Of a DNA stretch of 64,000 nucleotides, positions 1 through 12,255 are shown piece by piece. The notes under the pieces were generated by a model, which worked only from the letters and a program-made list of their open reading frames with translations, was not told the origin of the DNA and made no database searches. Origin of the DNA: Malacoraja senta (lineage: Eukaryota); contig CM075989.1 of assembly GCA_038087875.1 (NCBI GenBank), forward strand, positions 8,930,001-8,994,000, written 5' to 3'. Numbering within the stretch: the stretch's first letter is position 1; each line of letters opens with the position of its first letter. The position numbers and the translations under genes were made by a program.

Positions 1-69
1 TATAGTTTGGAAAGATGTGACTGAGTGCCTGTAATGAAATGAATATGATTTGAACTCTGAGATATTCGT

Positions 70-558
70 AGAGGCATACAGCGTGGAATTAGGCCCTGCA
101 GTCCAACTTGGCCCTGCCGACCAAGATGGCCCATCTACACTAGTCCCACCTGCCTGCATTTGGCCCATAACCCTCTAGATCTTTCCAATCCATGTACCTG
201 CCCAATGTCTTTTCATTGTTGTTATAGTACCTGCCTCAACTACCTCCTCCGGCTGTTCCTACTTTATGCCCACCACCCTCTGTGTGAAAAAGCTGCCACC
301 CAAGTTCCTAAGACATTTTTACACTCGCACCTTAAACCTATGTCCTCCAGTTATTGAATCCCCCTTACTCTGGGGAAAAGATTCTGTCTGTGCATTCACC
401 CTATACATTCCCCTCATGATCTTATACACCTCTATAAGATCACCCCTCATCCTCCTGCGCTACAAAGAACAAAGTCCTGGCCTGCCCAACATCTCCCTAT
501 AGCTCAGGCCTGCAAGTCCTGACAACATCCTCGTAACCCTTCTCTGCACTCTTTCCAG
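70..558 (-). mobile_element. CR1 LINE 3' fragment
   Basis: Reverse complement similar to the CR1 ORF2 end and 3'UTR of other copies in the window. Confidence 0.8.
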
Positions 559-712
559 CATTCATGAACTGATGCTGAGGGAAACAAATTTGTTATAACC
601 AGATGTTTAACTTCCATATAATGAAAATATGAAGGAATATTTACATTTAATCTCTTCATTCCGGCCCTCATTTTTCTTGGATTGGACCTGATTTTTTTTT
701 TTTTAATTTCCT

Positions 713-714
<2 letters not shown>

Positions 715-787
<73 letters not shown>

Positions 788-800
788 TCTCTCTCCCTCT
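715..800. repeat. (CT)n microsatellite
   Basis: Seen directly. Confidence 0.97.
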
Positions 801-1035
801 TTCTCTGTACCCAACTTTATCTATTTCTCTTCCTTTGCTTAGTCCCCAAACTCCCTCTCTCACTCACTGTCTATTTCTCTCAGTTTGAGTCTCTGCCTGA
901 CTCCCTCGTGAACGAGTTTCATACAGAGATCTTTATTCCCAATTTATTCCTCTGCTTTGGTCTCACACACCCTCACTCGCTCCGACAAGAAGCTTTTCAA
1001 GTGACTATCCGTGGCTTTGCGCTGATCTGGTTACT

Positions 1036-1049
1036 GTTGCCATGGCAAC
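1036..1049. promoter_or_regulatory. Perfect palindromic RFX X-box GTTGCCATGGCAAC
   Basis: Exact 14-bp RFX consensus palindrome in unique sequence, near CACGTG (1098-1103), CCAAT (1153-1157) and TGACGCA (1173-1179). Confidence 0.6.
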
Positions 1050-1319
1050 CCTTGTGCCTGTAGCTGCCAGCCTTTCTTTCAGCGAGTTCCACGCGTTCAC
1101 GTGCTCCTTTATCTGATCTCATCCTGGCTGTCTTGGCTGCCGGCCACTCTCACCAATTGTCAACAGACTGACTGACGCATGAGGAGGGGGTTTGCATTTC
1201 TAAATTGCTTCTTATGTCCTTCTCTGTGGGAAAGAAAGGCTTTGAGGCACAGAATAGCCGTTGCCAAGTATAGGTCCTGGCATCACCACAAACTGGTCAA
1301 CTGCCTGGTTAATGCCTGT

Positions 1320-1900
1320 TCTCCCTCTCTCTCCCTCACTCTCTGTCTCTATCTGCCTGTCTCTCATCCCCTGTCTGTCTCTCTCTCTCTCTCTCTCTCT
1401 GTCACTCTCTATGCCCCTTTACTTCTCTCCCTCTCTCTCTCTCTCTCTCTATCTGCTGCTGTCTCACTCACCCTCTCTCACTCTCTCTGCCACTCTCTCG
1501 TTTTCTTTGTTTTTCTCACTGCTCCCCCACCCTCTCTCTGTCGATCACTCTCCATTTATCTATCTTGAGCTTTCTCTCTCCCCCTCTCTCTCTCTCCCTG
1601 TCCCTCTCCCTCTCTCTTTGCCACTCTCTCGTTTTCTTTGTTTTTCTCACTGCTCCCCCACCCTCTCTCTGTCTATCACTCTCCATTTATCTATCTTGAG
1701 CTTTCTCTCTCCCCCTCTCTCTCTCTCTCCCCGTCCCTCTCCCTCTCTCCCTGTCCCTCTCTCTTTCTCTCTTTGTCTCTCTCAGTTCCTCCACTCTCTC
1801 TGTCTCCATCTCTCTCTATCTGTCTGCCTTTTTCTGTCTCTGCCCTCTCTCTCCTCTCTCTCACCCCCCCTCTCATTCTCTCTCTCTCTCTCTCTCTCTC
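1320..1900. repeat. CT-rich low-complexity tract with an internal ~130-bp duplication (~1487-1620 / 1620-1750)
   Basis: tgccactctctcgttttctttg..ctccatttatctatcttgagctttctctctcccc occurs twice. Confidence 0.9.
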
Positions 1901-2100
1901 NNNNNNNNNNNNNNNNNNNNNNNNNNNNNNNNNNNNNNNNNNNNNNNNNNNNNNNNNNNNNNNNNNNNNNNNNNNNNNNNNNNNNNNNNNNNNNNNNNNN
2001 NNNNNNNNNNNNNNNNNNNNNNNNNNNNNNNNNNNNNNNNNNNNNNNNNNNNNNNNNNNNNNNNNNNNNNNNNNNNNNNNNNNNNNNNNNNNNNNNNNNN
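1901..2100. other. Assembly gap (200 N)
   Basis: Run of N. Confidence 1.
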
Positions 2101-2864
2101 TGGGCAGGTGAGCCATCATGGCTCCACTCAGCTCTCAGCACATCTTGCATGAAGACAATGATGATCATCACTCTTTGGATTTTTCTACCCAATATGTCAT
2201 TCTTGTCGATATATTGCACGTCTCATTACAGCACCAATCACATTTCAAAACCTTCCCCACTGATAGACAAGGCCGTGCATACAAAGTACTTGCTGCTGCC
2301 TCACAGCACCAGAGACACGAGTTCGATCCTGACCTTCGGTGCTGTCTTTGTGGAGTTTGCACGTTCTCCCAGTCCAAATGCTCCAGTTTCCCCCCACGTC
2401 CCAAAGACGTGCGTACATTGTGCTTAGTGTGTGGGGGAATGGATGCAATGGATGCAAAAGTGGGGTAACAAGGAACTTATATGGACGGGCTATCGATGGT
2501 CGTCGTGGACTCGGAGGGGTGAAGGGCCCTGTTTGCATGCTGTATCTTACAATCAATTCAATCAATAAATGAATGAAGAGTTGCAGAGAAACATTATCTG
2601 GAGTGTGTTGGAGAAAATAAATCACATCCTCGGATGACGGGGTGATTGTGTGTGGACTATTTAAGGTGAAACTAAGTAAAGGCACATAGTTAGGAACAGG
2701 ATATACCAATTGGAGGGGATGTAGCAGAATACAGGAGGGTTGTACGGAACATAAACATAGGCAAACCTGCTGTCTGTAATGGCAATGTAACTGGCTGTAA
2801 AACGGAGTTTTGTTACAGGCATGGAAGATGTTGCATTAAATGAGCATCCAAATTGGCCTTTCCT

Positions 2865-3132
2865 TGGTAGACAAAAATGGTGGAGAAACTCAGCGGGTGA
2901 GGCAGCATCTATGGAGCGAAGGAATAGGTGACATTTTCGGGTCGAGACCCTTCTTCAGAAGGGTCTCGACCCGAAATGTCACCTATTCCTTCGCTCCATA
3001 GATGTCACCTATTCCTTCGCTCCATAGATGTCACCTATTCCTTCTCTCCATAGATGCTGCCTCACCCGCTGAGTTTCTCCAGCATTTTTGTCTACCTTCG
3101 ATTTTTCCAGCATCTGCAGTTCCTTCTTAAAC
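2865..3132. mobile_element. Fold-back PLE-derived element, subfamily A
   Basis: Inverted arms centred on ...CCCTTCTTCAGAAGGG...; TSD attggc(c/t)tttcct at 2852-2864 and 3133-3145; internal 26-bp unit x3 (2977-3054). Confidence 0.85.
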
Positions 3133-3769
3133 ATTGGCTTTTCCTCTTACTCTTTCTTTCTCTCCTTAGATTTCCTCCGACTGTTAAGAGGAATTCTCTG
3201 ACTCAAAACCTCCTACAGTTCAATCCTCTCAATGTCAATACAGGGAACAGTGCCAGCTACTCAACTCTGCTGTCTGACACGCTGAGTTACTCCAGCACTC
3301 TGTGTTTTTTTGTAAACCGGCATCTGCACTTCCTTGCTTCTACAACTCCTTTAGTTTAGTTTAGTTTTATCGTCTCATGTAGCCAGGTACAGTGAAAAGC
3401 TTTTTTGGTGCATGCTATCCAGTCAGTGTAAAAACCATACATGATTACAATTAAGCTATACACTGTAAAGATACAGGATAAAGGCAATACCATTCAGTCC
3501 AAGATACAGTCCAATAAATGCTGATTGGAATTAGTCACAGGGTCGACAGATATGAGAGACAATAGACAATAGACAATAGGTGCAGGAGTAGGCCATTCGG
3601 CCCTTCGAGCCAGCACCGCCATTCAATATGATCATGGCTGATCATCCACAATCAGTACCCCATTCCTGCCTTCTCACCATATCCCCTGAGTCCGCTATCT
3701 TTAAGAGCTCTATCTAACTTAAGATTAAGATTAAGAAGGGCACAGTTGGAGTAAGAAATGCTGCTGTTG

Positions 3770-4111
3770 AGTGTAAAAGCTAATCCGTGACTGGGTGAGG
3801 AATGGTGAAGATTATAAATACGATCTCCTTACTTCTCTTTTCTTTTTCTTCTCTTTTCTTCTTTTACTCTTTTTCTTCTATTTTCTATTTCTTAACTTTC
3901 TTTTTTCACTCTCTATTTCTCTTTTTCACACACTATATATCTCACATTTTTCTATTCTTCATTATCTAATTTCTTTTTCTTTTGCTTCTTTATTACAAAA
4001 TTAAAAAAATAAGAAGCTGTACATAAAATGTATTATGAAAATATGATTGTATACAATTGGACTTACTTCTAATAAAAATAAATAATTAAAAAAAAAAGAA
4101 GAATAAAAAGA
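3770..4111 (+). mobile_element. Poly(A)-tailed retro-insertion (L1-like 3'UTR)
   Basis: Exact 17-bp TSD aagaaatgctgctgttg at 3753-3769 and 4112-4128; AATAAA and A-rich tail. Confidence 0.8.
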
Positions 4112-4775
4112 AAGAAATGCTGCTGTTGGAGTAGAGGTTTAGTCAAGTCAACTTTATTTGTCACATACACATACAAGAAGTGCAGTGAAATGAAAGTGGC
4201 AATGCCTGCGGATTGTGCAAAAACTACAGAACAGAATAGAACAGAATCAGTATTTACATGTTAGAAAATATATTTTTACAAAAGACACAACACAACAATA
4301 AATTAGTCCCTGATGAGATAAGAGTTTACAGTGCTGAAGGCCTGTGGGAAGAAACTCCGTCTCATCCTCTCTGTTTTCACAGCATGACAGCGGAGGCGTT
4401 TGCCCGACTATAGCAGCTGGAACAGTCCGTTGTTGGGGTGGTAGGGGACCCTCATAATGTTAAAAGAGCGGAGCGATTGTAATAAATGATAGCAGATCCG
4501 CTTCTGTGACCAGCACTCAGAGTCTTCTGGTTTGAGTGCCATGAGTTACAAAGTCCCTCAGTTACAGCTCCAGGGATCAATGCAAACACTGTTCATCCCT
4601 CTGTGTCCTCCAAGGAGGAAGCAGTCTGGACTCGGTGTCTCGGTCGGTAAACGTACTTGCCAGCATGCTGCTGAGGCACCAAGATCTGAATGGTCCATAG
4701 TTCGATCCAGCATCTGTGTCACGAAACAGTCAAAGACTCGGGCAAAGCAGGTTATGAGGAGGCAAGGTATGGATA

Positions 4776-5362
4776 GGATAGGAATAGGAATAGGAATACT
4801 TTATTGTCACATGTGACTAGGCACAGTGAGATTCTTTGCTTGCATCACAAGGTATACAAATAGTGGGCCACCTGCGGTGCTGACAAAGGTACAAAGCACG
4901 CCGGCTCCTCCTTTTTGTTCTCTTCCCCCACCAGTTCCCACACGCCGGGTCCCCATTGTCATTTGTCCCCCCCCCCCCCCATTGCCCATTGGTCTCCATC
5001 ACGGCCGTCCCTCCATGCCGGGTCCTCCATTGTTCTTCCGCTTCTCCCTCACGGTGGTCCTTCACGCTCTCGTCAATCGTGGTCGACCCGCGAGCATCGC
5101 CGCCGCCGCGAGGCTTCACCACCGCCTAGGCCCCGTCGTCACGAGGCTTCACCACCGCCTAGGCCCCGTCGCCACGAGGCTTCACCGCTGCCACCGCTTC
5201 ATCGCCGCCGAGGCCTCACCACTGTCGACGCTCCACTTCACGCCTCCGTGGTGCCGACCCGGGCCCCAGCCGCGGGCTCTGTCGGCCGCTCTGCGCCCGC
5301 ACGAGGCCCGGCTCCTCCGTCCGACCCACGAGGCCCAGGCCGGGTTCAACGTGGTGATCCGG
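4776..5362 (-). mobile_element. GC-rich SINE-like element with a Rex-like tail
   Basis: (attcct)n tail and gtgacaataaa on the minus strand; internal 33-bp tandem repeat at ~5110-5190. Confidence 0.5.
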
Positions 5363-5418
5363 GGAATGTATGGGGGCTGTTTCAGAGATTCTGCTCCTCT
5401 GCAAATCCGCCAGAATGA

Positions 5419-5960
5419 TCAGAATGATCTCTGTATCTGTCGTTCAAGATGTGGACTCTTATACATCGACGAGACCAAATGCAGACTGGACGATCGTTTC
5501 GCTGAACACCTTCGCTCAGCCCGCCTGAACCTACCTGATCTCCCAGTTCCTAAACACTTTAATTCTCCTTCCCATTCCCACACAGACGTTTCTGTCCAAG
5601 TTCTCCTCCATTGTCAGAGTGAGGCTAAACGCAAATTGGAGGAACAGCATCTCATATTTCGCTTGGGCAGCTTACAGCCCAGTGGTATGAATATTGATTT
5701 CCCTAACTTCACGTAACCCCGGCATTCCCTCTCTCTCCGTCCCTCCCCCACCCAAGTCGCACAGCTTCTCGTTTTCACCCAACAACCTGCGAACAATGGC
5801 CTGTTTCCTTTATCATCATTACCTCTCTGCATCTCTTTCATTCATTGTTCTTTATCTCTCTACATCATCGTCTATATCTCTCGTTTCCCTTATCCCTAAC
5901 TAGTCTGAAGAAGGGTCTCGAACCGTAACGTCACCCATTCCTTTTCTCCAGAGTAATGGA
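5419..5960 (+). mobile_element. Penelope-like element 3' fragment: GIY-YIG endonuclease, 3'UTR and pLTR tail
   Basis: Translation CICRSRCGLLYIDETKCRLDDRFAEH...HFNSPSHSH...RKLEEQHLIFRLGSLQPSGMNIDF (ends 5716) is a PLE GIY-YIG domain. It is followed by a UTR and the CTGAAGAAGGGTCTCG... tail at 5905. Confidence 0.9.
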
Positions 5961-6296
5961 GTAACTCAGCGTGTCGGGCAGCAGAGTTGTGTACCTGAGT
6001 TGTAAATAGAAACATAGAAAATAGGAGCAGGAGTAGGTATGTCCCGCTGAGTTACACCAGCTCTCTGTGTCCACCCCCAGAATGATCGTGCACTCAACGA
6101 CACGTGATGAGATTGGGCAGTACATTTGCTGCGCACACACGTGACACAGGGTAAAAGGGGTTGTGGTGGTTCCTCTGTTCCCCGTGTTTCCCCCTCACTG
6201 AACCTGTTGTACGTTCTTGTCCCACTCCAGAGACTTGAGCGTGTTCAGACCACCAAACCCAGCACAGTGAACAGCTCAGGGACGCCTTCAAATGAG

Positions 6297-6893
6297 TGGA
6301 AGGAACTGCAGATGCTGATTTGCACCAAAGTTAGGCACAGACAGGCGGCATCTCCGGAGAAAAAAGAATAGGTGATGTCTTGGGTCGAGACCCTGCTTCA
6401 AATTGACCGAAGAAAGGTGTTGACCTGAAACGTCGCCTATTCCTTTTCTCCAAAGGTGTTGCCTGACCCACTGTGTTAGACAATAGACAATAGACAATAG
6501 ACAATAGACAATAGGACAATAGACAATAGGTGCAGGAGTAGGCCATACTGCCCTTCGTGCCAGCACCCGCCATTCAATGTGATCATGGCTGTTCATCCCC
6601 AATCAGTACCCCGTTCCTGCCTTCTCCCCATATCCCCTGATTCCGCTATCTATAAGAGCCCTATCTAGCTCTCTCTTGAAAGCATCCAGAGAACCGGCCT
6701 CCACTGCCCTCTGAGGCAGAGAATTCCACAGACTCACAACTCTCTGTGTGACATTCCTCGTATGTTGCAAAACATACTTGGCGAATAAAGTGTGATTCTG
6801 ATTTCTGAAAAAAAGTGTTTCCTCATCTCCGTTCTAAATGGCTTACCCTTTATTCTTTACTCCAGCATTCTGTTACTCCAGCATTTTGTGTCT
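6297..6893. mobile_element. Fold-back PLE-derived element interrupted by CR1
   Basis: Arms at 6297-6477 and ~6860-6893; TSD gcctt(c/a)aaatgag at 6284-6296 and 6894-6906. Confidence 0.75.
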
Positions 6894-7048
6894 GCCTTAA
6901 AATGAGGACCGTTGTACTTCTCAGTTAAAGGTAAATAATCTCAGGGCACTAATCCGTAGACCATTCTCCCCAATGGACCATGAAATACTCATCTCTCAAC
7001 AAACATGCCAAACAAATGACCTATTACACTGCTCTTTGTGAGAGCTTA

Positions 7049-7081
7049 CACGTCCACGTCCACGTCCACGTCCACGTCCAC
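7049..7081. repeat. (CACGTC)n hexamer repeat
   Basis: About 5.5 perfect units. Confidence 0.95.
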
Positions 7082-9183
7082 TGGCGGCTGTCTTTGCAAC
7101 AGTGACTGCCTTCAGGGGGGTGTAGAGCAGTGTAGGATGTGACAGGTGCTACAAAAATGCAACTCTTTCGACAGCAAGGGACTGGATGTCCCTTTCATCA
7201 GATGATTCATGCCCCATTTTATGGGGGATAATGAAGGAACTCGATAGGATCGTGACCAGTCTTACACCAACTAAGCCACTGGTTGGGAAGATGATACAAT
7301 TACCACGTTTAAGGGACATTTAAACAGGCACTTCAATAAGCAAGGGGTGGAGAACTATGGTCCTAATGCAGGTAAATGGCAGATGGCACAAAGCTCAGCA
7401 TGGATATGGTGGGCCGAAGGGCCTGTTGTTGTGCTGTACCACTCCATAACTCCCTGACTCTGAGATGGTGGGAGTGCCACATAACTTCATCGGGGTGATT
7501 CCAGAGTATGTGGGTGTGGTGGATTGGGTTCACACGTCCAGAGTTGAATGAGAGGTTATTTCATTGGAACATATAGAAATCTCATGGGGCTTTTCAGAGC
7601 ATTTGGAGAGCTAATGTAACCCTGGGCTGAGCTGCTCAGAGCCGGGTCACAGGCCTCATAGTAAGGGATCCGCCACTCAGGACAAGGGTGGCTGGGAAAC
7701 TCTTCATCCAGTGGATGGTAATCTTTAGAATCTCCTCCCCAAGACGCACTGTGGCGCAGCGGTAGAGTTGCTGCCTTACAGCACCAGAGACCCGGGTTCG
7801 ATCCTGAACGGGTGCTGTCTGTACGGAGTTTGTACGTCCTCCCTGTGACCTGCGTGGGTTTCCTCCCACATTCCAAAGGCGTACAGGTTTGTAGGTTTAA
7901 TTGGCTATGGTAAGAAATAGTAAATTGTCCCCAGTGTGTAGGATCGTGTTAGTGTACGTGGGTGATTGTTGGTCTGCGCGGGTACGGTGGGCCAAAGGGC
8001 CTGTGTCATAAGTTCATAAGTGATAGGAGAAAAATTAGGCCATTCGGCCATCGTCTACTCCGCCATTCAATCATGGCTGATCTATCTCTCCTTCCTAACC
8101 CCATTCTCCTGCCTTCTCCCCATAATCCCTGGCACCCGTACTAATCAGTTTCAGCAGTTTCCACGCTGTATCTCTAATGTCTAAGGGAAGTGAAGGATCA
8201 GTTGCTGAGTAGATTCAAGACATACTGTAGATTGTTAGAGAGTAGGATGCTACATGGAATTAGAACGAATGGTTTACTCGACCAGTAGGAGTTCAAGGGA
8301 CCGAATGGCTTCCTTCTGTGCTGAGCATTTCCAAGATTCCCTGGTTCATTATTGCCATTCCACCTACTCACAGGAACTGTGAGACTCAGCACAGAAACAG
8401 GTCCTTCAGTTCACTGAGCCTGCACCAACTATCAACACTTATTGTGGCACTAATCTACTCCAACCCATTTTATTTCCCCAACTGTTTGATCCCACCCCTC
8501 ACCACTCACCCCGCCAAATCCTACCACTCATCTGCACACTTGGAGTAATTCATCGTCAGTTAGCCCACCAACCCCTCCCTCCCGCCCACATCTTTAGGAT
8601 GCTGGGACCTAATGGAAACTGGACCATGGGGGTCACAGGGAGAACGTGCAAACTCCACACAAAGAGTCAAGAGGCACGAGAGTCAAAAGCGTGTTTAATT
8701 GTCATATGTGCCGAAAACTAAACAGAGAGCACCCGAGGACAGATCGAACCGGGGTCGCTGGAGAAGCAAAACTGCGCTGCACTCTCAATAACTTGAAAGG
8801 TTCAGTCACACAGCTACTGGTGGAAATTCTGAGGGGAGGGTGGGATTTATTTTGAACTGAATGCACAAGATGTATTCCAGAGAGAGTTAAATACAGCTCT
8901 TCGGGCTAATGGAATCAAGGGATATGGGTGGAAAGCAGGAACTGGGTACTGATTTTGGATGATCAGCCATGATCATATTGAAGGGTTTGAAAGGCCGAGT
9001 GGCCTACTCTTGCACCTAATTTCTGTTTCTATGTTTCGAAGATGCACCTCCAAGAAGCCCCACATCAAGTGAAGTGAGCCCAGGTCTCCCTCTTCCCCTT
9101 CCCTTCCCAGCTCTCCCACAAGCCTACTGTCTCCGCCTCCTCCCTTTCTTTTTCTCCGCCCGCCCCCCCCCCCCGACATCAGC

Positions 9184-9211
9184 CTGAAGAAGGGTCTCGA
9201 CCCGAAACGTC
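9184..9211 (+). ncRNA. Minimal type I hammerhead ribozyme-like motif in a PLE tail
   Basis: CTGAAGA-A-GGGT(CTCG)ACCC-GAAACGTC: CUGANGA core, helix II, GAAA, ACGU palindrome in place of helix III, GUC triplet. Helix I is weak. Confidence 0.6.
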
Positions 9212-9886
9212 GTCCATTTCTTCTCTCCATAGATGCTGCCTCACCCGCTGAGTTCCTCCAGCATTTTTGTCTACCCCCAGGCCTGATGAGAGTATGTTCT
9301 GCAGAAAGCATTTGCAGAAAGCAAATACCAATGCGTCGACAATGATTCAGAGTTAAATTGATGGCGCAAGCAATTATAAAAAAAGAATCCACATTCCTGC
9401 TGTGACTCCTGCTCTGATAAACGTGATCAACTGCAGAAGTGTGATCCGCCCGTGCGATGTATTTCACCAGTGCCGGCCAGTGCTTGGTTTCCAGTCATTC
9501 ATTCCTGGCACGCCACAGTAAATGAATGTTATCCGCTTGAGATAATACGCCCACACACCAAGGTCCTCACTCGCATCGCATCCAGAGCAGTAAATGGACT
9601 CCCTTGCACCCCAGCCCCACCAACCTAGCAACAAGCTTGAAACACTGAAGTCTTTGTGTCAAGAGGAGGCAGAGTGTTCAGTCGGAAGCACATCCGACTG
9701 GATAAAGTGCTTGAAAGACATTTATTGTCACTCGGTGATGGGTGGTTGTTCGATTTCCCTGAACCTGAGCTTTGGACATGTTTGTAACTGGGTTCGTTCC
9801 CAATGTACCGCAGGTGCTGGTTGGAGATCAATGGGGTCATTCCCACCACACTCTGGTCTCTGCTGAGATTGGGTCGTAGAGTCTTA

Positions 9887-10375
9887 AAGGCCTGTCTCAC
9901 GAGTCTGCGGTCATTGCGGCGAAACGGGAAGAATCTGCCGCCATAGACCGCGCACTCGTGAGAACGTACAATTCCGGGGCCGTGCGTCGTGTTCCCAACA
10001 CCGCACGGTGCTAAAATAAAACCGACAATGTTGAAAACTATATACTCACTGCACAACCTCCACCAGTGAGGCACGTGTGCGGCACGGCCGCAGGCACAGC
10101 CACCGCTATAGCGCCGCGATCAGGACGGCCACCGCCACAGCCGCCGCTCGTGAGTCACGTGCGGCAGGCTGACGTCATCGCAGTCGGCCCGCCCTTTTTC
10201 TAACTTACCGCAAGCACGTGGGACCCCACCGTATTTGAATTACTCGGCCCCCGCGCAGCATCCATGCGGCGCTCCGGTGGATAGGCTCGACGCTCTCGCC
10301 CGTTGCCGTGCGGTCCCCGCTACCGGCGACGCCGCGCTTCACCGCCGATGACCGCAAACAGGTAAGACAGAGCCT
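9887..10375. mobile_element. GC-rich PIF/Harbinger-type MITE family E
   Basis: Imperfect TIRs aggc(t)ctgtct(c/t)ac...tgcggtcat; TTA flanks; CpG-rich body. Confidence 0.7.
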
Positions 10376-11198
10376 TTACAGCGTGGCTACAGCCTAACTT
10401 GCCCACACCGGCCAACATGTCCCATCTACACTAGTCCCACCTGCCTGCATTTGGCCCATATCCCTCCAAACCTGTCCTATCCATGTACCTGTCTAACTGT
10501 TTCTTAAACATTGGGATAGCACTTACCTCAACTACTTCCCCCTGCAGCTCGTTCCATACACCCCACCACCCTTATGTGTGAAAAAGTTACCTCTCAGGTT
10601 CCTATTCAAGTTCCTACTCAGGTTCTGAGTCCTTCGTAACTGTCACTGTATGTCATGTTGTTACTTGTGGGCGGAGCACCAGGCAAATTCCTTGTATGTG
10701 AATACTTGGCCAATAAACTTACTTACTTACTTGCTTACTATTAAACCTCCCCCTCCCCCCCCCCCCCTCACCTTAAACCTACATCCTCTGCAAACATGGC
10801 ATCTTACATTGTGTTTGTTGATCCCAATAGCCCCGTGGCAAGTAATACTGATGACAGTTGGATTCTCCTCCACTTCAACATTCACATGCACACACAGAAC
10901 TGCTGGGCCTATCTTGCTTCCTAACAGCTCATTGCCTGAACTGACAGAATATTAGAGTAGCAACCATATTAAATTGTCAGTCCATCATGACACAGACACT
11001 GAGCTGCTCTGTGCTCATCTGTCCAACTAGCTGTACTCAACGTCTCCTTCCATATGGGAAGAACGCAAATACATATCCCAGTCGCATTATATCGCAGAGG
11101 TCCTTACAACCATTGAGTGTCCTGGTTTAATGCGCTGCCAGTGTTGCATGTTGTGCATGGTATGCTCCCACACGCTGCAGTGCAACTAGGACCTATAT

Positions 11199-11475
11199 CA
11201 GGGGTGGGGAACCTGCGGCCTTCTAGGCCATCAAGTGCCGCCTTTTGAATGAATCCAAATTTTGTAGAACAAATCCTTTTATTTTTATTAATATGTTTTT
11301 GTTCGTCTTTTATTATTTTTATTTTAATCTTAACATGAACGCATTTAAAATACCAAAGATTAAAGAAGATTCAACAAAATAATCCTACATCTAATTGAAG
11401 TTTCTTGGATGCGGCCTTATTAGATTACAGCTGACTTAATGCGGCATTCCAACGTGGGAAGGTTCCCCATCCCTG
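11199..11475. mobile_element. hAT (Charlie-like) MITE
   Basis: TIR caggggtggggaacct / aggttccccatccctg; 8-bp TSD acctatat/accgatat. Confidence 0.85.
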
Positions 11476-11629
11476 ACCGATATCATTGCATTGAGTGAAG
11501 TCACCAGATTATAAAAAACATTTGTGATTCATGGAGGAAAGGGATTGTTGACTGTGCTTGCCTTTTGGTAGTGTGCGATGAAACCTCCAGGAATATATCT
11601 AAACAGTGCTGGCAAACTTCCCGGCTTTC

Positions 11630-12255
11630 TGGAAACCACCTCAGGACATCACAAAGCATTTAACAGCCAATTAAGTACTCTTATTTGAAGTGTTATGGTG
11701 GTGACATGGCTGCCAATTATGGCACAAAATCAGCTCTTTCGACAACAATGCAATGTGGGCAAGACCATCAGTTTCGGTGGAAAAGTACACAAAGTGCTGG
11801 AGTAACTCAGCAGGTCAGACAGCATCTCCGGAGAACATGGATAGGTGACGTTTCAGGTCAGCACCCGTTCTCAGACTGAAGAACGATCCCGACAAAGCAC
11901 CATTGACCCGAAACTGATGGTCTTGCCCAGCAGTCACTCCAGCACTTTGTGTCCTTCTTTTATAAACCAGCACCTGCAGTTCCTGGTTTCTACAATCAGT
12001 TTCAGCAGTTCTGCCTCACCCAAACATCATGGCACAATAGCAACGAGAACTCTCATGGTCTTCTTCAAACACTGCCATGGGACCTTTAGCATCCGCTTGA
12101 GGGGGTCTTGGTTTAATATCTCATCCCAGAGACGGTGGGGATGACAATGCCGCACCCTCTCAGCGCTGCACTGGACTGTCGGCGTGGATTCTGCGCTCAA
12201 TCTCCTGGTGATGGACTTGAGCCCTAGACCTTCTGTTGCAAGGGCGAACAGTAAG
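11630..12255 (-). mobile_element. Old DeuSINE (SacSINE1-like), interrupted by a fold-back element
   Basis: Reverse complement resembles recalled DeuSINE segments (agaagg..tcaagtcc..ccagtgcag..ctgagagggtg..gatgag..taaacc..cccatggca and cttcaa..agtactt..ttggctg..aa..gctttg..gtcctgag). Confidence 0.6.
11775..11994. mobile_element. Fold-back PLE-derived element containing an inverted copy of its flank
   Basis: Family consensus arms; atcagtttc on both sides; 11908-11929 is the exact reverse complement of 11756-11777. Confidence 0.75.

Larger units (their letters stand above)
6195..7170 (+). mobile_element. Old DeuSINE hosting a multi-layer nest
   Basis: gtcccactccagagacttgagc head at ~6220 and caacagtgact..aggtgctacaaaaatgcaactcttt tail at ~7100-7168. 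Confidence 0.55.

Noticed and set aside
1261..2427. 388-aa Leu/Ser-rich ORF and overlapping ORFs
   Set aside because: Translation of a CT microsatellite read through an N gap
2977..3054. Regular 26-bp repeats (also 33-bp repeats at ~5110-5190) as a CRISPR-like array
   Set aside because: Head-to-tail tandem duplications without spacers inside eukaryotic repeats; no cas genes
4826..5716. 296-aa ORF as a host gene or novel endonuclease fusion
   Set aside because: Only the last ~100 aa are PLE GIY-YIG; the rest is chance read-through of a GC-rich antisense repeat, and the motif is degenerate (YIDET instead of YIGET)
7746..7810. tRNA-like A/B-box sequences, here and in other copies
   Set aside because: They are heads of V-SINEs followed by the SINE core, not tRNA genes
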